From: Torpedo marmorata
Taxonomy: Eukaryota
Direction of reading: 5' to 3'
DNA length: 64,000 nt
NCBI GenBank assembly: GCA_977017645.1
Contig: CDRNVU010000372.1
Span: 1-64,000, forward strand
Shown here: positions 1 to 14,400 of the stretch, piece by piece
Layout of the letters: each line of letters starts with the position of its first letter
How positions within the stretch are numbered: the first letter of the stretch is position 1
Notes under the pieces: model-generated
Seen by the model: the letters and a program-made list of their open reading frames with translations, nothing else
Told to the model about the DNA's origin: nothing
The model's database searches: none
Translations under genes and position numbers: made by a program

Positions 1-3000
1 CTCACCTACCACCTTAAATGATCCCACTCACCTACCACCTTAAATGATCCCACTCACCTACCCCCTCACATGATCCCACTCGCCTACCCCCTCACATGAT
101 CCCACTCACCTACCCCCTCACATGATCCCACTCGCCTACCCCCTTAAATGATCCCACTCACCTACCCCCTGACATGATCCCACTCACCTACCCCTTAAAT
201 GATCCCACTCACCTACCCCCTGACATGATCCCACTCACCTACCCCCTGACATGATCCCACTCACCTACCCCCTTAAATGATCCCACTCACCTACCCCCTG
301 ACATGATCCCACTCACCTACCACCTTAAATGATCCCACTCACCTACCACCTTAAATGATCCCACTCACCTACCCCCTCACATGATCCCACTCGCCTACCC
401 CCTGACATGATCCCACTCACCTACCCCCTGACATGATCCCACTCACCTACCCCCTGACATGATCCCACTCACCTACCACCTTATATGATCCCACTCACCT
501 ACTCCCTGACATGATCCCACTCACCTACCCCCTGACATGATCCCACTTACCTACCACCTTACATGATCCCACTCACCTACCCCCTGACATGATCCCACTT
601 ACCTACCCCCTGACATGATCCCACTCACCTACCCCCTGACATGATCCCACTTACCTACCCCCTGACATGATCCCACTCACCTACCCCCTGACATGATCCC
701 ACTCACCTTCCCCCTGACATGATCCCACTCACCTACCCCTGACATGATCCCACTCACCTACACCCTTAAATGATCCCACTCACCTACCCCCTGACATGAT
801 CCCACTCACCTACCCCCTGACATGATCCCACTCACCTACCCCCTGACATGATCCCACTCACCTACCCCCTGACATGATTCCACTCACCTACCCCCTTAAA
901 TGATCCCACTCACCTACCCCCTGACATGATCCCACTCACCTACCCCCTGACATGATCCCACTCACCTACCCCCTGACATGATCCCACTCACCTACCCCCT
1001 TAAATGATCCCACTCACCTACCCCCTGACATGATCCCACTCACCTACCCCCTGGCATGATCCCACTCGCCTACCCCCTGACATGATCCCACTCGCCTACC
1101 CCCTGACATGATCCCACTCACCTACCCCCGGACATGATCCCACTCGCCTACCCCCTGACATGATCCCACTCACCTACCCCCTGACATGATCCCACTCACC
1201 TACCCCCTGACATGATCCCACTCACCTACCCCCTGACATGATCCCACTCACCTACCCCCTTAAATGATCCCACTCACCTACCCCCTGACATGATCCCATC
1301 ACCTACCCACTTAAATGATCCCACTCACCTAGCCCCTGACATGATCCCACTCACCTACCCCCTGACATGATCCCATCACCTACCCACTTAAATGATCCCA
1401 CTCACCTACCCCCTGACATGATCCCACTCACCTACCCCCTTAAATGATCCCACTCACCTACCCCCTGACATGATCCCATCACCTACCCCCTGACATGATC
1501 CCACTCACCTACCCCCTTAAATGATCCCACTCACCTACCCCCTTAAATGATCCCACTCACCTACCCCCTGACATGATCCCATCACCTACCCCCTTAAATG
1601 ATCCCACTCACCTACCCCCTGACATGATCCCACTCACCTACCCCCTGACACGATCCCACTCACCTACCCCCTGACATGATCCCACTCACCTACCCCCTGA
1701 CATGATCCCACTCACCTACCCCCTGACATGATCCCACTCACCTACCCCCTGACATGATCCCACTCACCTACCCCCTGACATGATCCCACTCACCTACCAC
1801 CTGACATGATCCCACTCACCTACCCCCTGACATGATCCCACTCACCTACCACCTGACATGATCCCACTCACCTACCCCCTGACATGATCCCACTCACCTA
1901 CCCCCTGACATGATCCCACTCACCTACCCCCTGACATGATCCCACTCACCTACCACCTGACATGATCCCACTCACCTACCCCCTGACATGATCCCACTCA
2001 CCTACCCCCTGACATGATCCCACTCACCTACCACCTGACATGATCCCACTCACCTACCCCCTGACACGATCCCACTCACCTACCACCTGACATGATCCCA
2101 CTCACCTACCACCTGACATGATCCCACTCACCTACCCCCTGACATGATCCCACTCACCTACCCCATGACATGATCCCACTCACCTACCCCCTGACATGAT
2201 CCCACTCACCTATCCCCTGACATGATCCCACTCACCTACCCCCTTACATGATCCCACTCACCTACCCCCTGACATGATCCCACTCACCTACCCCCTGACA
2301 TGATCCCATCACCTACCCCCTTAAATGATCCCACTCACCTACCCCCTGACATGATCCCATCACCTACCCCCTTAAATGATCCCACTCACCTACCACCTTA
2401 CATGATCCCACTCACCTACCCCCTGACATGATCCCACTCACCTACCCCCTGACATGATCCCACTTACCTACCCCCTTAAATGATCCCACTCACCTACCCC
2501 CTGACATGATCCCACTCACCTACCCCCTGACATGACCCCACTCACCTACCCCCTGACATAATCCCACTCACCTACCCCCTGACTTGATCCCATCACCTAC
2601 CCCCTTAAATGATCCCACTCACCTACCCCCTGACATGATCCCACTCACCTACCACCTGACATGATCCCACTCACCTACCCCCTGACATGATCCCACTCAC
2701 CTACCCACTGACATGATCCCACTCACCTACCCCCTGACATGATCCCACTCACCTACCCCCTTAAATGATCCCACTCACCTACCCCCTGACATGATCCCAC
2801 TCACCTACCCCCTTACATGATCCCACTCACCTACCACCTTAAATGATCCCACTCACCTACCCCCTGACATGATCCCACTCACCTACCACCTTAAATGATC
2901 CCACTCACCTACCACCTTAAATGATCCCACTCACCTACCCCCTTACATGATCCCACTCACCTACCCCCTTACATGATCCCACTCACCTACCCCCTGACAT

Positions 3001-6000
3001 GATACCACTCACCTACCCCCTGACATGATCCCACTCACCTACCACCTTAAATGATCCCACTCACCTACCCCCTTACATGATCCCACTCACCTACCCCCTT
3101 ACATGATCCCACTCACCTACCCTCTGACACGATCCTACTCACCTACCCCCTGACATGATCCCACTCACCTACCACCTTAAATGATCCCACTCACCTACCC
3201 CCTGACATGATCCCACTCACCTACCACCTTAAATGATCCCACTTACCTACCCTCTTACATGATCCCACTCACCTACCACCTTAAATGATCCCACTCCCCT
3301 ACCACCTTAAATGATCCCACTCACCTACCCCCTCACATGATCCCACTCACCTACCCCCTTACATGATCCCACTCACCTACCCCCTGACATGATCCCACTC
3401 ACCTACCCCCTTAAATGATCCCACTCACCTACCCCCTGACATGATCCCACTCACCTACCCCCTTAAATGATCCCACTCACCTACCACCTGACATGATCCC
3501 ACTCACCTACCACCTTAAATGATCCCACTCACCTACCCCCTTACATGATCCCATCACCTACCACCTTACATGATCCCACTCACCTACCACCTTAAATGAT
3601 CCCACTCACCTACCCCCTTACATGATCCCATCACCTACCCCCTGACATGATCCCACTCACCTACCCCCTGACATGATCCCATCACCTACCCCCTTAAATG
3701 ATCCCACTCACCTACCCCCTGACATGATCCCACTCACCTACCCCCTGACATGATCCCACTCACCTACCACCTTAAATGATCCCACTCACCTACCCCCTGA
3801 CATGATCCTACTCACCTACCACATGACATGATCCCACTCACCTACCACCTGACATGATCCCACTCACCTACCCCCTGACATGATCCCACTCACCTACCCC
3901 CTGACATGATCCCACTCACCTACCCCCTGACATGATCCCACTCACCTACCCCTTGACATGATCCCACTCACCTACCCCCTTACATGATCCCACTCACCTA
4001 CCCCCTGACATGATCCCACTCACCTACCCCCTGACATGATCCCACTCACCTACCCCCTGACATGATCCCACTCACCTACCCCCTTACATGATCCCACTCA
4101 CCTACCACCTTAAATGATCCCACTCACCTACCACGTTAAATGATCCCACTCACCTACCCCCTCACATGATTCCACTCACCTACCCCCTCACCTGATCCCA
4201 CTCACCTACCCCCTGACATGATCCCACTCACCTACCCCCTGACATGATCCCACTCACCTACCCCCTTAAATGATCCCACTCACCTACGCCCTGACATGAT
4301 CCCACTCACCTACCCCCTGACATGATCCCACTCACCTACCCCCTGACATGATCCCACTCACCTACCCCCTTAAATGATCCCACTCACCTACCCCCTGACA
4401 TGATCCCACTCACCTACCCCCTGACATGATCCCACTCACCTACCCCCTTACATGATCCCACTCACCTACCCCCTGACATGATCCCACTCACCTACCCCCT
4501 AACATGATCCCACTCACCTACCCCCTGACATGATCCCACTCACCTACCCCCTGACATGATCCCACTCACCTACCACCTGACATGATCCCACTCACCTACC
4601 CCCTTAAATGATCCCACTCACCTACCCCCTGACATGATCCCACTCACCTACCCCCTGACATGATCCCACTCACCTACCCCCTTACATGATCCCACTCACC
4701 TACCCCCTTAAATGATCCCACTCACCTACCCCCTTAAATGATCCCACTCACCTACCCCCTGACATGATCCCACTCACCTACCCCCTTAAATGATCCCACT
4801 CACCTACCCCCTGACATGATCCCACTCACCTACCCCCTGACATGATCCCACTCACCTACCCCCTGACATGATCCCACTCACCTACCCCCTGACATGATCC
4901 CACTCACCTACCCCCTGACATGATCCCACTCACCTACCCCCTTAAATGATCCCACTCACCTACCCCCTTAAATGATCCCACTCACCTACCCCCTGACATG
5001 ATCCCACTCACCTACCCCCTTAAATGATCCCACTCACCTACCCCCTGACATGATCCCACTCACCTACCACCTGACATGATCCCACTCACCTACCCCCTGA
5101 CATGATCCCACTCACCTACCCCCTGACATGATCCCACTCACCTACCACCTGACATGATCCCACTCACCTACCCCCTGACATGATCCCACTCACCTACCAC
5201 CTGACATGATCCCACTCACCTACCCCCTGACATGATCCCACTCACCTACCCCCTTACATGATCCCACTCACCTACCCCCTGACATGATCCCACTCACCTA
5301 CCCCCTGACATGATCCCACTCACCTACCCCCTGACATGATCCCACTCACCTACCCCCTGACATGATCCCACTCACCTACCCCCTGACATGATCCCACTCA
5401 CCTACCACCTGACATGATCCCACTCACCTACCCCCTTACATGATCCCACTCACCTACCCCCTGACATGATCCCACTCACCTACCCCCTTACATGATCCCA
5501 CTGACCTACCCCGACATGATCCCACTCACCTACCCCCTTACATGATCCCACTCACCTACCCCCTGACATGATCCCACTCACCTACCCCCTTAAATGATCC
5601 CACTCACCTACCCCCTGACATGATCCCACTCACCTACCCCCTTAAATGATCCCACTCACCTACCCCCTGACATGATCCCACTCACCTATCCCCTGACATG
5701 ATCCCACTCACCTACCACCTTACATGATCCCACTCACCTACCACCTTAAATGATCCCACTCACCTACCACCTTAAATGATCCCACTCACCTACCCCCTGA
5801 CATGATCCCTCTCACCTACCCCCTGACATGATCCCACTCACCTACCCCCTGACATGATCCCACTCACCTACCACCTTAAATGATCCCACTCACCTACCCC
5901 CTTACATGATCCTACTCACCTACCCCCTGACATGATCCCACTCACCTACCCTCTGACACGATCCTACTCACCTACCCCCTGACATGATCCCACTCACCTA

Positions 6001-9000
6001 CCACCTTAAATGATCCCACTCACCTACCCCCTGACATGATCCCACTCACCTACCACCTTAAATGATCCCACTTACCTACCCTCTTACATGATCCCACTCA
6101 CCTATCACCTTAAATGATCCCACTCCCCTACCACCTTAAATGATCCCACTCACCTACCCCCTCACATGATCCCACTCACCTACCCCCTTACATGATCCCA
6201 CTCACCTACCCCCTGACATGATCCCACTTAACTACCCCCTTAAATGATCCCACTCACCTACCACCTGACATGATCCCACTCACCTACCACCTTAAATGAT
6301 CCCACTCACCTACCCCCTTACATGATCCCATCACCTACCACCTTACATGATCCCACTCACCTACCACCTTAAATGATCCCACTCAGCTACCCCCTTACAT
6401 GATCCCATCACCTACCCCCTGACATGATCCCACTCACCTACCCCCTGACATGATCCCATCACCTACCCCCTTAAATGATCCCACTCACCTACCCCCTGAC
6501 ATGATCCCACTCACCTACCCCCTGACATGATCCCACTCACCTACCACCTTAAATGATCCCACTCACCTACCCCCTGACATGATCCTACTCACCTACCACA
6601 TGACATGATCCCACTCACCTACCCCCTGACATGATCCCACTCACCTACCCCCTGACATGATCCCACTCACCTACCCCCTGACATGATCCCACTCACCTAC
6701 CCCTTGACATGATCCCACTCACCTACCCCCTGACATGATCCCACTCACCTACCCCCTGACATGATCCCACACACCTACCCCCTGACATGATCCCACTCAC
6801 CTACCCCCTGACATGATCCCACTCACCTACCCCCTGACATGATCCCACTCACCTACCCCTTGACATGATCCCACTCACCTACCCCCTTACATGATCCCAC
6901 TCACCTACCCCCTGACATGATCCCACTCACCTACCCCCTGACATGATCCCACTCACCTACCCCCTGACATGATCCCACTCACCTACCCCCTGACATGATC
7001 CCACTCACCTACCCCTTGACATGATCCCACTCACCTACCCCCTTACATGATCCCACTCACCTACCCCCTGACATGATCCCACTCACCTACCCCCTGACAT
7101 GATCCCACTCACCTACCCCCTGACATGATCCCACTCACCTACCCCCTTACATGATCCCACTCACCTGCCACCTTAAATGATCCCACTCACCTACCACCTT
7201 AAATGATCCCACTCACCTACCCCCTCACATGATTCCACTCACCTACCCCCTCACCTGATCCCACTCACCTACCCCCTGACATGATCCCACTCACCTACCC
7301 CCTGACATGATCCCACTCACCTACCCCCTTAAATGATCCCACTCACCTACCCCCTGACATGATCCCACTCACCTACCCCCTGACATGATCCCACTCACCT
7401 ACCCCCTGACATGATCCCACTCACCTACCCCCTGACATGATCCCACTCACCTACCCCCTGACATGATCCCACTCACCTACCCCCTTAAATGATCCCACTC
7501 ACCTACCCCCTGACATGATCCCACTCACCTACCCCCTGACATGATCCCACTCACCTACCCCCTTACATGATCCCACTCACCTACCCCCTGACATGATCCC
7601 ACTCACCTACCCCCTTAAATGATCCCACTCACCTACCCCCTTAAATGATCCCACTCACCTATCCCCTGACATGATCCCACTCACCCACCCCCTGACATGA
7701 TCCCACTCACCTACCCCCTGACATGATCCCACTCACCTACCCCCTTAAATGATCCCACTCACCTACCCCCTTAAATGATCCCACTCACCTACCCCCTGAC
7801 ATGATCCCACTCACCTACCCCCTGACATGATCCCACTCACCTACCCCCTGACATGATCCCACTCACCTACCCCCTGACATGATCCCACTCACCTACCCCC
7901 TGACATGATCCCACTCACCTACCCCCTGACATGATCCCACTCACCTACCCCCTTAAATGATCCCACTCACCTACCCCCTGACATGATCCCACTCACCTAC
8001 CCCCTGACATGATCCCACTCACCTACCACCTTAAATGATCCCACTCACCTACCCCCTGACATGATCCCACTCACCTACCCCCTGACATGATCCCACTCAC
8101 CTACCCCCTGACATGATCCCACTCACCTACCCACTGACATGATCCCACTCACCTACCACCTGACATGATCCCACTCACCTACCCCCTGACATGATCCCAC
8201 TCACCTACCCCCTTAAATGATCCCACTCACCTACCCCCTGACATGATCCCACTCACCTACCCCCTGACATGATCCCACTCACCTACCCCCTTAAATGATC
8301 CCACTCACCTACCCCCTGACATGATCCCACTCACCTACCCCCTGACATGATCCCACTCACCTACCCCCTGACATGATCCCACTCACCTACCCCCTTAAAT
8401 GATCCCACTCACCTACCCCCTTAAATGATCCCACTCACCTACCCCCTGACATGATCCCACTCACCTACCCCCTGACATGATCCCACTCACCTACCCCCTT
8501 ACATGATCCCACTCACCTACCCCCTGACATGATCCCACTCACCTACCCCCTTAAATGATCCCACTCACCTACCCCCTTAAATGATCCCACTCACCTACCC
8601 CCTGACATGATCCCACTCACCTACCCCCTTAAATGATCCCACTCACCTACCCCCTGAGATGATCCCACTCACCTACCACCTGACATGATCCCACTCACCT
8701 ACCCCCTGACACGATCCCACTCACCTACCCCCTGAGATGATCCCACTCACCTACCACCTGACATGATCCCACTCACCTACCCCCTGACATGATCCCACTC
8801 ACCTACCCCCTGACATGATCCCACTCACCTACCCCCTGACATGATCCCACTCACCTACCCCCTTACATGATCCCACTCACCTACCCTTACATGATCCCAC
8901 TCACCTACCCCCTGACATGATCCCACTCACCTACCCCCTGACATGATCCCACTCACCTACCACCTGACATGATCCCACTCACCTACCCCCTTACATGATC

Positions 9001-10605
9001 CCACTCACCTACCCCCTGACATGATCCCACTCACCTACCCCCTTACATGATCCCACTGACCTACCCCGACATGATCCCACTCACCTACCCCCTGACATGA
9101 TCCCACTCACCTACCCCCTGACATGATCCCACTCACCTACCCCCTTACATGATCCCACTCACCTACCCCCTGACATGATCCCACTCACCTACCCCCTTAA
9201 ATGATCCCACTCACCTACCGCCTGACATGATCCCACTCACCTACCCCCTTAAATGATCCCACTCACCTACCCCCTTACATGATCCCACTCACCTACCCCC
9301 TTACATGATCCCACTCACCTACCCCCTGACATGATCCCACTCACCTACCCCTGACATGATCCCACTCACCTACCACCTGACATGATCCCACTCACCTACC
9401 CCCTTACATGATCCCACTCACCTACCCCCTGACATGATCCCACTCACCTACCCCCTTACATGATCCCACTGACCTACCCCGACATGATCCCACTCACCTA
9501 CCCCGACATGATCCCACTCACCTACCCCCTTACATGATCCCACTCACCTACCCCCTGACATGATCCCACTCACCTACCCCCTTAAATGATCCCACTCACC
9601 TACCCCCTGACATGATCCCACTCACCTACCCCCTTAAATGATCCCACTCACCTACCCCCTTAAATGATCCCACTCACCTACCCCCTTACATGATCCCACT
9701 CACCTACCCCCTGACATGATCCCACTCACCTACCCCCTTAAATGATCCCACTCACCTACCCCCTGACATGATCCCACTCACCTACCCCCTTAAATGATCC
9801 CACTCACCTACCCCCTGACATGATCCCACTCACCTACCCCCTGACATGATCCCACTCACCTACCCACTTACATGATCCCACTCACCTACCCCCTGACATG
9901 ATCCCACTCACCTACCACCTTAAATGATCCCACTCACCTACCACCTTAAATGATCCCACTCACCTACCACCTTAAATGATCCCACTCACCTACCCCCTGA
10001 CATGATCCCTCTCACCTACCCCCTGACATGATCCCACTCACCTACCCCCTGACATGATCCCACTCACCTACCCCCTGACATGATCCCACTCACCTACCCC
10101 CTGACATGATCCCACTCACCTACCACCTGACATGATCCCACTCACCTACCCCCTTAAATGATCCCACTCACCTACCCCGACATGATTCCACTCACCTACC
10201 CCCTGACATGATCCCACTCACCTACCCCCTGACATGATCCCACTCACCTACCCCCTGACATGATCCCACTCACCTACCACCTGACATGATCCCACTCACC
10301 TACCACCTGACATGATCCCACTCACCTACCCCCTTACATGATCCCACTCACCTACCCCCTTACATGATCCCACTCACCTACCCTCTGACATGATCCCACT
10401 CACCTACCACCTTAAATGATCCCACTCACCTACCCCCTTAAATGATCCCACTCACCTACCACCTTAAATGATCCCACTCACCTACCCCCTTAAATGATCC
10501 CACTCACCTACCACCTTAAATGATCCCACTCACCTACCCCCTTAAACGATCCCACTCACCTACCACCTTAAATGATCCCACTCACCTACCCCCTGACATG
10601 ATCCC
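1..10605. repeat. 26-bp tandem satellite/minisatellite, about 400 units, consensus GATCCCACTCACCTACCCCCTGACAT (variant ending CCACCTTAAAT); runs off the left edge
   Basis: ctcacctacc recurs at 1, 27, 53 (period 26); continuous to atccc at 10605; strong C-rich/G-rich strand asymmetry. Confidence 0.99.
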
Positions 10606-10679
10606 TTTGCCACAGGTGCTCTGAGATTACGAAAGGATTACTTAAGGTGGTGAGTGGGGAAAAAGGTTGAGAGCCACTG
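10601..10679. mobile_element. Remaining half of a hAT/Charlie-like MITE whose other arm is replaced by the satellite
   Basis: atccctttgccacaggtgctctgagattacgaaaggattacttaaggtgg...gagccactg matches the reverse complement of the MITE at 10790-10921; followed by ctctggac, resembling the Charlie nTCTAGAn target. Confidence 0.8.
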
Positions 10680-10789
10680 CTCTGGACCTCATTGTTACTG
10701 AAATATTTTGCTTGAGAAAAATTGTCATTGGCCCATTTCTTTTGCAGTTATCAAACTGCACCTAACGAGTCAATTGGGTACGATTAAAA

Positions 10790-10921
10790 CAGTGTTTTTC
10801 AAACTTTTTCTTTCCACTCACATATCACCTTAAGTAATCCCTTACTAATGACAGAGCACCTATGGCATAGGGATTACTTAAGGCGGTATGTGAGCAGAAA
10901 GAAAAAGTTTGAAAACCACTG
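10790..10921. mobile_element. Palindromic 132-bp MITE, hAT/Charlie-like ends
   Basis: cagtgtttttcaaactttttctttccactcacatatcaccttaagtaatccct ... agggattacttaaggcggtatgtgagcagaaagaaaaagtttgaaaaccactg form about 50-bp inverted arms; no clear TSD. Confidence 0.8.
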
Positions 10922-10986
10922 CTCAACCTCCTGTACTATCCATAAATGCCAAAGGACCTCACCTGGGACCCGGCCCGGATAACGTT

Positions 10987-11200
10987 CTTTTTCAATCTTT
11001 TTATTGATTTTATTTTAAAAAATCAATAAATGAAGAAAAGGGAACTAAATTGAAAATACAATATCACATATTAAAATAAAACTTCAAACGGTATAAATTT
11101 GATCCCCCCTCCACTGCAATAGGTGACAATGACAAAAATCCATCAAAAGTGTTATAGATATATAAATTTTAAAAACCTAACCTACTCCAATAAAAAAAAA
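10987..11200 (-). mobile_element. Short L1-like 3' UTR/poly(A) tail fragment
   Basis: T-rich start with ttttattg (AATAAA on the minus strand), AT-rich like the other L1 tails here. Confidence 0.45.
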
Positions 11201-11468
11201 CCAGCTGAGCATTTTATCCTGGATAACTCAGGGGTGGAAGCATTGGAATAGGTGGTGCCGATGGGCCAGCGGGCGGCGACAATCGTGGATATAAATTTGA
11301 CGCTGGGGTTAATACTACTGGCCAATCCTCACTGTCGTTCCAGGTCGCTTTCCTCAAACAACATTGACAAGCCAGACATGGAATTCAGATCATTCTCAGA
11401 TTGTTTCAATGGTCTCATCTTTCCTTGGTCTTGTTTCCGCCTTTGTTTATCCTTATCTACCTTTTCCT
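11201..11468 (-). pseudogene. gag: ERV gag, downstream piece (Pro-rich region with late domains)
   Basis: Minus-strand translation ...DKQRRKQDQGKMRPLKQSENDLNSMSGLSMLFEE / DSEDWPVVLTPASNLYPRLSPPAGPSAPPIPMLPPLSYPG; LYPRL at 11280-11294, PSAPP at 11250-11264; joins 15595 once the L1 is removed. Confidence 0.75.
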
Positions 11469-14400
11469 TTTTTTTTTTTATTTTTTATAATTTTATTTAG
11501 TTTTTAAAATCACAAAATACATAATCAAAAATAGTATATTATTCAAAATACATGTGATACATTTACCACCCCCCCTCCCTCCCTCCCCAACCCTCCCACA
11601 CTATTCTAATAAAGAAAAAAAAAAAAGAAAAATAAGAATATATAAAAATGTTAATTAAAAGAAAAGAAATAGAATGAGAAATAAAGTTAAGAGAGTTAGT
11701 ATGAGGAGAAAACTATTTCAAACTAACTCTATTTATATATTGGAGGTTACTTTTGTCAGCGGTACTAACTTTTAGAGAATTAATTCATACCCATAATTCT
11801 CATGTATGGGCTCCAAATTTTCAAAAAGAAATGATATTTGTCTCGTAAGTTATACGTAATTTTTTCCAGTGGTATACAAGAACGTAACTCTGCATGTAAT
11901 CTATCTAAATTCAAATCTAAGTCTGATTTCCAAGTAATAGCAATACATTTTTTTGAAATTGCTAACACGATTCGTAAAAATTCTATTTGATACATATTTA
12001 ATCTATTTCTAATACTAATTTTTTTAATATCTCCAAACAAAAATATCATAGGATCCATTGGAATCGTAATATTAAAAATTCTATCTAAAAAATCTTTAAC
12101 TTTAGACCAAAAATTTTTAATTTTCAAACATGACCATGTACAATGTACAAAAGAACCTATTTCATCTTTACATCTAAAACACATATCTGACAATGCCGGA
12201 TTGAATTTCTTTAATTTTTTGGGTGTTATATATAATTGATGAAAAAAGTTATACTGTACTAATCTATATCTAACATTAATAATCTTAGTCATACTCAATT
12301 TACACAATTCTTTCCAATGTTGTTCATCTATACTAATATTTAGATCTGATTCCCAATTTAATCTAGATTTATGCAGTCCTACTTTAGGTATCTTTTTCTG
12401 AAATAATTTATACATTTGCGATATAAATTTATTAACATTTCCATTAGTAATTAATAACTCTAACCCATCCTGTCTAGGAGATATTAATTGATTCCCTAAT
12501 TTCTCAACTAAAAATCATTTAACTTGATAATAAGCCAAAATTGTATTATGCATTATTCCAAATTTTTCTTTCAATCTAGAAAAAGTAACAAATTTTCCTG
12601 CCTCAAAACAATCTTTAATCTTCTTAATTCCTTTTTGATACCATAATTTTAAAAATTGATTATCCATAGAAAATGGTAGTAATAAATTCTGATATAATGG
12701 CATATTTAAAGAAATTGATCCTTTTCGCCCTATTTCATTATCTAATTGATTCCAAATCTCTAATAAATGTCTAATAATCGGTGACTTTTTCTTTTTAATC
12801 AATAATAATTTAGAATTCCATTTATAAATAATATCTTCCTTATTTCTTTCTCCTATATTACTTAATTCTATATTAATCCAAGCCGTATTTTTAGTTAAAT
12901 CAAATAGTTCATTTATAAATTTTAATTGTGCTGCCTTATAATAATATTGAAAATTAGGAAGTTGTAATCCACCCATTTCATATTCCCAAGTTAATTTATC
13001 CATACTTACTCTTGCCAATTTTCCTTTCCATAAAAACTTTCTAATAATATTTTTTAAATCTTTAAAAATTTTTTGAGGAATACCAAAAGGTATAGATTGA
13101 AAAAGATATTGAACTCTTGGAAAAATATTCATTTTAATACAATTCACTCTTCCCATTAAAGTTATAGGTAAATCTTTCCAATTATCCAAATCTTTCTTTA
13201 TTTTCTGAAATAAAGGTATGTAGTTTAATTTATATAAATTTTCTAACTTTGTATCCACTTTAACTCCCAAATATTTAATAGCTTCTTTAGCCCATTTAAA
13301 TTTTGTAACTTCTTTACATTTAGTATAGTCTCCTTGAGATAAAGCCATTATCTCACTTTTATCCGAATTTATTTTATATCCAGATATTTCACCATAATCC
13401 CTCAATATTTTATCTAATTGTTGAAGTGATTCAATAGACTTTGTCATATATATTAATACATCATCTGCAAACAAACTAATTTTATGCTCTTCTGCACCTA
13501 CTTTTATCCCATTTATATTCATATCTTTCCTAATCATTTCCGCCAACGGTTCTATTGCCAATACAAATAAAGCAGGTGACAATGGACATCCTTGTCTTGT
13601 TGACCGTGTCAAAGAAAATTTAGATGATATTTGACCATTTGTAATTACTTTAGCTGTAGGTTCCTTATATATAGTTTTAATCCAATTTATAAACGTGTTT
13701 CCAAATCCATATTTCTCTAAAACCTTAAATAAAAACTTCCACTCTAATCTATCAAATGCTTTTTCTGCATCTAATGCTATCACTAACGGTAAATCCTGTT
13801 TCTTTTTTTGTAAATTAATCAAACTTATTAATCTTGCTATATTATCCTTTGAATATCTATTTTTAATAAATCCTGCTTGATCTGGATGTATTAAAAATGG
13901 TAAAAACTTAGCTAATCTATTTGTCAAGATTTTTGCCATTAATTTATAGTCTACATTTAACAATGATATAGGTCTATACGATTCAGTTTTCAATACATCT
14001 CTATCCTTCTTTGGTATAACTGTAATAACAGCATTTAAAAATGTTTTCGGTAATAACTGAGTTTCCTTTATTTGAGTCAATACTTCCATATATATAGGTA
14101 TCAATAAATCTTTAAACTTCTTATAAAACTCTACCGGAAATCCATCATCACCAGGAGATTTACCACTATTCAATGATGATAGAGCCTCACCTACTTCTCT
14201 CATTGTAATTGGTAAATCTAACAAATCTCTATTAAAACTATTTAGTTTGGGCAATGTAATTTTAGATAAAAAATCATCAATTTTTACAACATCTTGACTC
14301 ATTTGTGAAGTATATAAATTTTGATAATATTCTTTAAATGAATTATTTATTTCTTGAGGTTTATAAGTTATTTCTCCATTACTTTTCTTTATAGCATTTA

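Noticed and set aside
1-10605. CRISPR array, telomere repeat or coding repeat
   Set aside because: Head-to-tail units with no unique spacers and no cas genes; not TTAGGG; a 26-bp period containing TGA puts stops in every frame
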